Below are positions 27,501 to 37,900 of a stretch of 64,000 nt of DNA, in pieces. The stretch comes from Eledone cirrhosa (lineage: Eukaryota), in contig OZ024740.1 of NCBI GenBank assembly GCA_964016885.1, forward strand, positions 440,882,001 through 440,946,000, written 5' to 3'. The translations under genes and the position numbers were made by a program. Every line of letters begins with the position of its first letter. Positions within the stretch are counted from its first letter, which is position 1. Below the pieces are notes generated by a model. That model saw only the letters and a list, made by a program, of their open reading frames with translations, searched no databases and was not told the origin of the DNA.

Positions 27501-28113
27501 TCACCTTGCCAGGATGAAGGATTCTAGAATACCAAAACAACTCTTCTATGGAGAGTTGGTTAAAGGAAAACGACCGCCACATAAACCAAAAAAGAGGTAT
27601 AAGGATTCCTTGAAAGCCTCTCTGAAAGACGCTAACATCTCTGCTGATACATGGGAAAATATTGCTGCTGATCGTAATAAATGGAGAAAGACTGTATATG
27701 AGGGAAAAGTTGCCTTTGAGGCATCTCGAATCGCATACGAGAAAGTAAAGCGGGATGTGTGGAAGGGCATTGCTGTTGCACTTCCAGACGGCGAGGGTCC
27801 TCCTATGGTGCTGACATGCAGCGTCTGTGCTAGACTCTGCCTAAGCAAAGCTGGACTCGAAAGTCATCTTCGCAGTCATAAAGTAAGACCAGTGGTTGAC
27901 TACCAGGCTGCTGTTGGAGATGTTACTCATCATGCTTGCCAAACATGTGGTAGAGAATGTAAATCAGCAGGAGGGCTCAAGCGACATGCAAAAGTACACG
28001 AACTCCAACCACAGCCGACTATTCCCAGTGAATGTTTTGGTTGCCGACTCTGTGCAAGACATTTTAGATCATTGGCTGGGCTAAAAAGCCAAATTCGATC
28101 GCAGCACTGTTAG
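24571..28113 (+). pseudogene. RTE APE endonuclease, reverse transcriptase and 3 C2H2 fingers; stops at 26062 and 26849, frameshifts near 26445 and 27415
   Basis: Motifs CNVRTL, ALSETR, SVYAPT, LGDFNARVG, LDYVLV, TDHRLV, SPGMDGI, FVDLTKAFD, GVKQG, YADN (catalytic YADD mutated), LRWSGHLARM, CxxC...HxxxH. Confidence 0.95.
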
Positions 28114-28119
28114 TTGCTA

Positions 28120-28228
28120 TCGTGTGTGTGTGTGTTTATGTGTGTACATATGCTCATGTGCGTGCGTGTGTTTATATATATATGAATATGTATATTATTA
28201 TTGTTGTTGTCGTTATTATTATTATTGC

Positions 28229-28265
<37 letters not shown>

Positions 28266-28465
28266 GTTATTAATGTATGTGTGTGTATATGTGTGTGTGT
28301 ATGTGTATGTATGTGTGTATGTATATATGTATGTATTTATATATATATATATATATTTTTTTTTATTTTTTTATTATTTATTGTTATTATTATTATTATT
28401 ATTTTATTTTAATTATTAATTTATTTATTTATTTTTATTTTTATTTTATTTATTTTATTTTTTTC
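28120..28465. repeat. (TG)n/(ATT)n/(TTTTA)n simple repeats within the RTE 3' UTR
   Basis: Direct reading. Confidence 0.85.
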
Positions 28466-28555
28466 TCGTGCAATGGCCATACTCGATAACGAGGGGGCAG
28501 CCATCATATATATATATATATGTATGTATATATGTGTCTTTATGTGCTTGTGTGT

Positions 28556-28613
<58 letters not shown>

Positions 28614-28617
<4 letters not shown>

Positions 28618-29556
28618 TACAGTTTGTCCATGTCGATTTAAAATAATAAATCAACGGAGACGAACTGTATTGGCAAAAGGCCGTGATGTTTAGACACATT
28701 TAAATTTCAAAATCAAACCTGTTCCGTAGATAAGTTTAGACTTTAAGATCCAAATATGTTTCGAGTTAAATAAGTGTAGGAATATCAAGTCCCGCTCTCC
28801 TCAGTAAACATCCAGAGACAAATTGATATGCTTCACTTCTAAATAATTTAAAAGACTGCGTGGCGCACATGGCTTTACAGTATCTAACTAGTCTCATTGA
28901 TTTATTATTTTAAATCGACATGGACAAACTGTAGTATAATAATTAGTATACTTCAATCTGGCTAAATTTTTCTTTCGCAATATATATACAGATGTGTTGG
29001 TATCTGTGTTTCATCACATACATATTAATTTATACACTGCTCAGGGGATATATTTTTCCTTATTCGAGCTGATTCCATTGTAAAAGAATTCATTACCTTA
29101 TTAATTTTAATCTGCTCCTAGTTTGAGCTGCAAAGCCGCCTCATATACACGACTGTTATTTCTAGCAGTACGGTTATGAGACTAGTTAGATACTGTAAAG
29201 CCATGTGCGCCAGCAGTCTTTTAAATTATTTAGAAGTGAAGCATATCAATTTGTCTTTGGATGTTTACGGAGGAGAGCGGGACTTGATATTCCTACACTT
29301 ATTTAACTCGAAACATATTTGGATCTTAAAGTCTAAACTTATCTACGGAACAGGTTTGATTTTGAAATTTAAATGTGTCTAAACATCACGGCCTTTTGCC
29401 AATACAGTTCGTCTCCGTTGATTTATTATTTTAAATCGACATGGACAAACTGTAGTATAATAATTAGTATATTTCAATCTGGCTGAATTTTTCTTTCGCA
29501 ATATATATACAGATGTGTTGGTATCTGTGTTTCATCACATACATATTAATTTATAT
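28614..29556. mobile_element. Non-coding fold-back element: ~280-bp inverted arms plus a ~137-bp direct repeat, with a hammerhead-like core
   Basis: 28616-28896 is the reverse complement of 29177-29457, and 28897-29033 repeats at 29418-29555. The minus strand has CTGAGGA-gag...ctc-GAAA (28804 to 28759). Both ends lie in (TA)n. Confidence 0.78.
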
Positions 29557-29826
29557 ATATATATATAGTTAAAAGAATCGAGGTGTAACACACAAGTTAT
29601 TATATATTGGTAAACGGAATAGAAAATGCTGACAAATTGTTCACAGTTGAAAAATGGTTTAATTAGGAATAAAAGAGTATTAGTGATTGTATGGGTTAGT
29701 ATTCAGTTGTGGTTTTAAGTTTTTAAGTTTTTACCGGTTGCGCATTTCTAAATGCTTTTCAAAAATAATTTTGAGATAGAGTGTCCGTGCTGTTTGCTCT
29801 GATCTGATTAGTTTTGGGAATTCTAC

Positions 29827-30058
29827 CTGTTTTTATGTTAAAAAAGTGGCTCCAGCGTTACTTTGGTGTTGCAAAATTTCTTGTGGTCAAAACAATTTTG
29901 ATTGGTCGGTAGAGGTCATGTGAGTGTAAAAAATTGATTTTGCGCCAAGACTGTTTTTATGTTAAAAAAGTGGCTCCAGCAACAATTCTTGTGGTCAAAA
30001 CAATTTTGATTGGTCGGTAGAGGTCATGTGAATAAAAAATTGGTTTTGCGCCAAGATT
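29827..30058. repeat. Tandem duplication, ~123 bp and ~107 bp
   Basis: ctgtttttatgttaaaaaagtggctccagc...ttgattggtcggtagaggtcatgtga...ttttgcgccaaga occurs twice. Confidence 0.9.
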
Positions 30059-30179
30059 GAGAAATGACTCTTTCACAACAAATATGTGTGTGTGTGTGTG
30101 TGTGTAGTAGTAGTAGTAGTAAGGTGTTCGATGTTGTGATAATGGTTAGCAGCGATGTGTGTCAAATGGCTATTGAGAT

Positions 30180-30251
<72 letters not shown>

Positions 30252-30790
30252 CAGAGGAATTCGTGGTGGCAGGGATGGTCAGTAAGAATGTGTCTGAAAG
30301 CAATGGGAGGTATTTTAGCATGTCAAAAGATATTTTTCAGCTTTTGTCTTATACGGAGAAGTGCGTGTGTGTGTGTGTGTGTGTATATATAAGTATCTTT
30401 GTATGTTGATATACGCCTGTGTATGTGTGTATGTATATATATGTGTGTGTGTGTGTGTGTGTGGGTGGACCAGTATTTTTTCCCCCTGGTAAAATGGTGT
30501 ACATTATTCGATTTTCTCAGTAAAATCGGTTCTCTTAATAGAACATCAAAAATCTTAACAATAAAAGGTGTGAAATGATATTCACTATATATATATACAC
30601 ACATACATATATTCACTATATACATATATATATACACATATACATATATATACACATATATATGCACATATATTTTTTTGTGTTGCACCATAGAGCATGT
30701 GTGTTTACGTATGTCATTGTGTTTATATGTGGGTAGAGATGTGTGCTGATGTAGGTATGTATGTTGACGTGTGTATGTTGTGGGTTCGTC

Positions 30791-33060
30791 TTAGGGAGAA
30801 GTGTTTAGACGGGGTCCGTATTTGTTAATGAAGTAAGATTCCTTGCTGATGCGCTGGGTGTGGGTGCTATTATCTTTACATTTGTAGAGGGGAAAGATTC
30901 TGAAGTTGGGATGATTTGGGGCGGCACAGGTATCAATGTGTTCAATCAGTGGTATTTTCCTGTATTCCCGTATTTTAATTTGGGATCTATGGACAGTCAT
31001 GCGTTGGCGGAGGCTGTTTTTGGTCTGGCCTATGTATTGTTATCGACAACCTGAACAAGTTAATACATATATTAGATTTTCCGATGCACATGTGAAATTG
31101 TGTTTTACTATAAAACGTTGTCCATCTTTGAAATAGTATTCCGAACCCTCTATTAGGTTGATGCAAATGCCACAGTTGGGTCTATCGCATTTTTTACTGT
31201 GGGTTTCGTTGTTGTGGTTGGCAGTACTTTGGCATGTGTTAAGATGTTTTTCATTGACTTGGATTGTCTTTTGCTCTTTATGATATCGTGTGTTCGTAGA
31301 ATTTGGTTCATTCTATGATCCTTTTTCAATACAGGGATGTTCTGGAGGATGGTGTCAAAGGCCTCATTGTTGAGGGGGTTGTGTGTGGAGATGTATGGAA
31401 GAGCTTTTAGTTTTGGTTGATTTACTTTAGGGTGTCTAAGGTCCTGGGTACTGAGTTTTAGGGCACGTTGGATTCCATTGTCAATTAGTGATGCAGGGTA
31501 GTCCCTGCCTATGAGTGTGTCCTTTAGTTCTTGTAGCCGTAAGTAGCAGATGTTTTTATTGGAGACTATAGTACAGATTCTCTTGGCTAAGTTGTAGGGA
31601 ATATTAATTTTAACGTGTCTAGGGTGGCAAGAGTTGAAGGGGGGATATTGCTTGGAGTCTGTGGGCTTGTAGTATATGTCTGTTTCTATCTTTTTGTTAT
31701 GGATCTTAATGAGGATGTCGAGGAAGGGGAGTTGTTGATGGCTGTATTCCATCGTGAAGTTAATATTCGTGTTGAGCCCATTTATAAGGGTGTGAAATTC
31801 TTTAAGATTTTCGATGTTTTCGTGCCAAAGGATGAAGCAGTCATCTAGATATCGCTTCCAGTTCCTTTCAATGTGTAAGTGGAGGGTGTTTCCAGATTTG
31901 TTTAGGACTTTAGTGTAGAGGGTGATTTCCAGGTATCCCATGACTAGGTTGGCATAAGTGGGGGCTGTTTTCGTTCCCATAGCGGTCCCAGATTTCTGCC
32001 TGTAGGGTTTGTTATTGAAAACGAAGTAATTGTTCTCCAAGATGAATTTGAGTCCCTCAATCACGAATTCTTTTTTGATGCGTTGTGGGAGTTCATTGTG
32101 GAAATTATCCAGCCAGAATTGGATAGCTTCTATTCCTAGGTTGTGAGGGATGTTGGAGTATAGGTTGACTACATCGAACGTCACTAGTAGGGTTTGGTCA
32201 GAAAGTGGCATATTAGGGAGGTGATTGAGCATATCTAGGTCGTCCCTTATATAGCTTTTGATGTGCTTGAGGAAGGGTTTGAGAAGGGTATCAATGAAGT
32301 TGCTAAGACGGTGCGTTTCGCAAGCGGGGCCTGCTATTATAGGTCTTAATTTGAGATCATTGGGTGAGGGGACATTGATGACTATGTCAGTGGCTTCCTT
32401 GCATGCCTTACTTATTGATTCGCTTTTATGTACTTTAGGGATACCGTCGAAAAGGCTGGATTTACTTGTGAAGTCTGTGATGAAGCTGAATTCCTTGTTA
32501 GTGAGTCCTTCTTTGTATTGGTTGATTAGAGTTTTTAGGTTTTTCATAATTTTCTGTTGATTGTAGTGTTCAGCCTTTTCGTAGTATGTTTCGTTTTCCA
32601 AAGTGGAGAGCGTTAAGTTGATATAGAATTCTGTCTCCATTAGGACTACTGTACTCCCTTTATCAGCCTCTTTAATTGTAATGGTTCTGTTGGTTTTTAA
32701 TCTATTTAATTCTTCCCATTCTTTCTTGTTGAGGTTTGGCTTGTGTTTTTGTCTGTGCAAGTGTTGGTAGGGGAAGTTTGTGATGTGTTCACAGAATTCG
32801 TTCAGGATTTTATTTCTACCTTTTGAAGGGGTGTAATTGCTTCTATTTCTGGCTAATGATTCATCCTCATTGTAGTGGTCGAATAGTTGTTCACTAAGTC
32901 GTAACTTTCTACGGAAGTCTGTGATGTCTTCCTTCATTTCATAGTAGTTAGGACGTAGTGGGGTCGGTGTGAATTTAAGACCTTTGGAGAGTAAGTTGAT
33001 AAGGTTGGGTGTTGGTTCTGCACTAGTAAGATTGATAATTTTTATTACTATCGGTTTCTC
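30791..33060 (-). pseudogene. PLE-C: Penelope-like RT, Cys linker and GIY-YIG; frameshift near 31190 and an in-frame TAA near 31041; element extends to ~33360
   Basis: Motifs IINL...LLSKGLKFTPTP, IKEADKG, GIPKVHK, LRPII, FDVVNLYSNI, GTAMG, RYLDD, PFLD. After the frameshift: CDRPNCGIC...TC..NLIYVLTCSGCR*QYIGQT...RMTVH...KESYFI...PRLN. Confidence 0.93.
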
Positions 33061-33360
33061 CTCCCTGTCTTGTGTTATTTTGTTTTCCTGTATCTGTGTG
33101 CTGTGTCTAAAAAATGGTTGGGGTAGAGGGGTTGTCTGCTGATGTTAAGTGGTCTCCTGTGTTTGTTATATTCCTTGTTGTTGTAAAATGTGGTTCGGGT
33201 TGGTGGTTGTAGATTGAATGGGGTGTTCCTGTACTGCGAGTATGGGTGTGTGTTTCTATGTGCCATGTTGTATTGTGGTGTTATAAGTGGCCTACGTTGT
33301 TGGTTGTATCGTGTGGTGTGGGTTTGTTGTGTATTGTGGAAGCGAGAGTTGAGAAAATGG

Positions 33361-33396
<36 letters not shown>

Positions 33397-33426
33397 TATA
33401 TATATGTCTATATATGTCTATATATG

Positions 33427-33674
33427 TTGATTTAAAACTTCACTGCTCACAAGTGTTTTTAAGCTTCATATCATGTCTCCCTATTTTATCTGATGATAAC
33501 GCAGATATCATCCCATGATGATATTTGTTTTTGAAATGCGCATAATAAAATACTTGGAACTCTTTTAACCATCTTTTGATCTTATATTATTTAAACTCCA
33601 GTCCTACAAACTGTAGAGTGCTACTTATCCGATATTTGCATTGCTTTATTGTGCTACAATAAAACTCACCTCCT

Positions 33675-33681
<7 letters not shown>
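33427..33681 (+). mobile_element. ~255-bp solo hammerhead-bearing insert (solo pLTR or retrozyme-like monomer)
   Basis: Unique sequence splitting a (tatatgtc)n/(TA)n tract, non-coding, with a central hammerhead. Confidence 0.55.
33484..33550 (+). ncRNA. Minimal type I hammerhead ribozyme motif
   Basis: ttttat-CTGATGA-[cagatatcatc/gatgatatttg hairpin]-GAAA-tgcgca-TA-ataaaa: 6-bp stem I, palindromic stem III (atgcgcat) and an AUA triplet. Confidence 0.78.
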
Positions 33682-33750
<69 letters not shown>

Positions 33751-34000
33751 TATATATGTCTCTATATATGTCCATATATGTCTATATATATGTCTCTATA
33801 TATGTCTATATATATCTATATATATGTCTCTATATATGTCTATATATGTCTCTATATATATGTCTCTATATATGTCTATATATGTCTATATATATGTCTC
33901 TATATATATCTCTATATATGTCTATATATGTCTCTATATGTCTCTATATGTCTCTATATGTCTATATATGTCTCTATATATGTCTCCATATGTCTCTGTA
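33682..34000. repeat. (TA)n followed by (tatatgtc[tc])n
   Basis: Direct reading. Confidence 0.9.
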
Positions 34001-34097
34001 TGTATGTTATACTCTACAATCACAGTTTGCAGCCAACACAGCTGGAGGTGGTCAACAGTTCAATATCATCTGTAAGTGACAACTGTTCTGTTATTGT

Positions 34098-34350
<253 letters not shown>

Positions 34351-34451
34351 TGTCACAACTGAAATATTCTGCAGTAATAAACAGCAATACTCTCTGTGAA
34401 TATGTTAGATGACGTACTGCAGTTACGGGGGAAGGGGTCTCTGTCGTGATC

Positions 34452-34478
34452 GTAGTACTATTAGTAGTAGTAGTAGTA

Positions 34479-34560
<82 letters not shown>

Positions 34561-34617
34561 CGGTAGTAGTAGTATAAGTGGTATTAGTAGTAGTATTAGT
34601 GGCAATAGTAGTAGTAA

Positions 34618-34694
<77 letters not shown>

Positions 34695-34925
34695 ACGGTA
34701 GTAGTAGTAGTAGTGGCGGTGGTTGTAGTGGTAGTAGTAGCAGTGGTAGTAGTATTAGTAGTAGTAGTGGTGGTGGTGATTGTAGTAGTAGTAATAGTGG
34801 TGGTGGTAGTAGTAGTAGTGGCGGTGGTAGTAGTAGTAGTAGTAGTAGTTGTAGTAGTAGTAGTAGTATTAGTTGTAGTAGTAGTAGTAGGGGTGATGGT
34901 GGTTGGGGGGATTGTAGTGGTGGTC
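34452..34925. repeat. (AGT)n/(GGT)n trinucleotide tract
   Basis: Direct reading; it is the source of the poly-T/S/V/L ORFs. Confidence 0.95.
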
Positions 34926-34955
34926 CGCGTTGTCGTCTTCGTCATGATCCAGATG

Positions 34956-37900
34956 GGTTCTAACATAGTAGGGTTGGTTCAAACATAGTAGGGTTGGTTC
35001 TAACATAGTAGTGTTGGTTCTCACATAGTAGTGTTGGTTTTCACATAGTAGTGTTGGTTCTCACATAGTAGTGTTGGTTCTCACATAGTAGTGTTGGTTC
35101 TCACATAGTAGTGTTGGTTCTCACATAGTAGGGTTGGTTCTAACATAGTAGGGTTGGTTCTAACATAGTAGTGTTGGTTCTCACATAGTAGTGTTGGTTC
35201 TCACATAGTAGTGTTGGTTCTCACATAGTAGTGTTGGTTCTCACATAGTAGTGTTGGTTCTAACATAGTAGTGTTGGTTCTAACATAGTAGTGTTGGTTC
35301 TAACCTAGTAGTGTTGGTTCTCACATAGTAGTGTTGGCTCTAACATAGTGGTGTTGGTTCTAACATAGTAGTGTTGGTTCTCACATAGTAGTGTTGATTC
35401 TCACATAGTAGTGTTGGTTCTAACATAGTGGTGTGGGTTCTCACATAGAAGTGTTGGTTCTAACATAGTAGTGTTGGTTCTAACATAGTAGTGTTGGTTC
35501 TAACATAGTAGTGTTGGTTCTCACATAGTAGTGTTGGTTCTCACATAGTAGTGTTGGTTCTAACATAGTAGTGTTGGTTCTAACATAGTAGTGTTGGTTC
35601 TAATATAGTAGTGTTGGTTCTAACATAGTAGTGTTGGTTCTCACATAGTACTGAAGGTTCTAACATAGTAGGGTTGGTTCTAGCATAGTAGTGTTGGTTC
35701 TCACATAGTAGTGTTGGTTCTCACATAGTAGTGTTGGTTGTCACATAGTAGTGTTGGTTCTCACATAGTAGTGTTGGTTCTAACATAGTAGTGTTGGTTC
35801 TAACATAGTAGTGTTGGTTCTCACATATTAGTGTTTGTTCTCACATAGTAGTGTTGGTTCTAACATAGTAGTGTTGGGTCTAACATAGTAGTGTTGGTTC
35901 TCACATAGTAGTGTTGGTTCTCACATAGTAGTGTTGGCTCTAACATAGTAGTGTTGGTTCTAACATAGTAGTGTTGGTTCTCACATAGTAGTGTTGATTC
36001 TCACATAGTAGTGTTGGTTCTAACATAGTGGTGTGGGTTCTCACATAGAAGTGTTGGTTCTAACATAGTAGTGTTGGTTCTAACATAGTAGTGTTGGTTC
36101 TTAGATAGTAGTGTTGGTTCTAACATAGTAGTGTTGGTTCTAATATAGTAGTGTTGGTTCTAACATAGTAGTGTTGGTTCTCACATAGTAGTGCAGGTTC
36201 TAACATAGTAGGGTTGGTTCTAGCATAGTAGTGTTGGTTCTCACATAGTAGTGTTGGTTCTCACATAGTAGTGTTGGTTCTCACATAGTAGTGTTGGTTC
36301 TCACATACTAGGGTTGGTTCTCACATAGTAGTGTTGGTTCTCACATAGTAGTGTTGGTTCTAACATAGTAGTGTTGGTTCTAACATAGTAGTGTTGGTTC
36401 TAACATAGTAGTGTTGTTTCTCACATAGTAGTGTTGGTTCTAACATAGTAGTGTTGGTTCTAACATAGTAGTGTTGGTTCTCACATAGTAGTGATGGTTC
36501 TCACATAGTAGTGTTGGTTCTCACATAGTAGTGTTGGTTCTCACATAGTAGTGTTGGTTCTAACATAGTAGTGTTGGTTCTAACATAGTAGTGTTGGTTC
36601 TAACATAGTAGTGTTGATTCTAACATAGAAGTGTTGGTTCTCACATAGTAGTGTTGGTTCTCACATAGTAGTGTTAGTTCTCACATAGTAGGGTTGGTTC
36701 TAACATAGTAGGGTTGGTTCTAACATAGTAGGGTTAGTTCTAACATAGTAGTGTTGGTTCTAACATAGTAGTGTTGGTTCTCACATAGTAGTGTTGATTC
36801 TCACATAGTAGTGTTGGTTCTAACATAGTAGTGTTGGTTCTAACATAGTAGTGTTGGTTCTAACATAGTAGTGTTGGTTCTAACCTAGTAGTGTTGGTTC
36901 TCACATAGTAGTGTAGGTTCTAACATAGTAGTGTTGGTTCTAACATAGTAGTGTTGGTTCTAACATAGTAGTGTTGGTTCTCACATAGTAGTGTTGGTTC
37001 TAACATAGTAATGTTGGTTCTAACATAGTAGTGTTGGTTCTCACATAGTAGTGTTGGTTCTCACATAGTAGTGTTGGCTCTAACAAAGTAGTTATGGTTC
37101 TAACATAGTAGAGTTGGTTCTCACATAGTAGTGTTGGTTCTCACATAGTAGTGTTGGTTGTCACATAGTAGTGTTGGTTCTCACATAGTAGTGTTGGTTC
37201 TAACATAGTAGTGTTGGTTCTAACATAGTAGTGTTGGTTCTCACATATTAGTGTTGGTTCTCACATAGTAGTGTTGGTTCTAACATAGTAGTGTTGGGTC
37301 TAACATAGTAGTGTTGGTTCTCACATAGTAGTGTTGGTTCTCACATAGTAGTGTTGGCTCTAACATAGTAGTGTTGGGTCTAACATAGTAGTGTTGGTTC
37401 TAACATAGTGGTGTGGGTTCTCACATAGAAGTGTTGGTTCTAACATAGTAGTGTTGGTTCTAACATAGTAGTGTTGGTTCTTAGATAGTAGTGTTGGTTC
37501 TAACATAGTAGTGTTGGTTCTAATATAGTAGTGTTGGTTCTAACATAGTAGTGTTGGTTCTCACATAGTAGTGCAGGTTCTAACATAGTAGGGTTGGTTC
37601 TAGCATAGTAGTGTTGGTTCTCACATAGTAGTGTTGGTTCTCACATAGTAGTGTTGGTTCTCACATAGTAGTGTTGGTTCTCACATAGTAGGGTTGGTTC
37701 TCACATAGTAGTGTTGGTTCTCACATAGTAGTGTTGGTTCTAACATAGTAGTGTTAGTTCTAACATAGTAGTGTTGGTTCTAACATAGTAGTGTTGTTTC
37801 TCACATAGTAGTGTTGGTTCTAACATAGTAGTGTTGGTTCTAACATAGTAGTGTTGGTTCTCACATAGTAGTGATGGTTCTCACATAGTAGTGTTGGTTC

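Larger units (their letters stand above)
24085..28507 (+). mobile_element. RTE-clade LINE, near full length and decayed
   Basis: Single APE-RT ORF, a 5' UTR and a short 3' terminal motif (gccatactcgataacgagggggcagccatcat). It interrupts the PLE-A arm at a (TA)n tract. The 5' boundary is approximate. Confidence 0.88.

Noticed and set aside
31030-31050. Selenocysteine recoding in the PLE endonuclease, as in Naiad PLEs
   Set aside because: The in-frame stops here and at 22578 are TAA and TAG at non-Cys positions, and the endonuclease is C-terminal.
19612-32560. Antisense ORFs overlapping the PLE and RTE coding regions
   Set aside because: They are shadow frames of the retroelement ORFs with no independent motifs.
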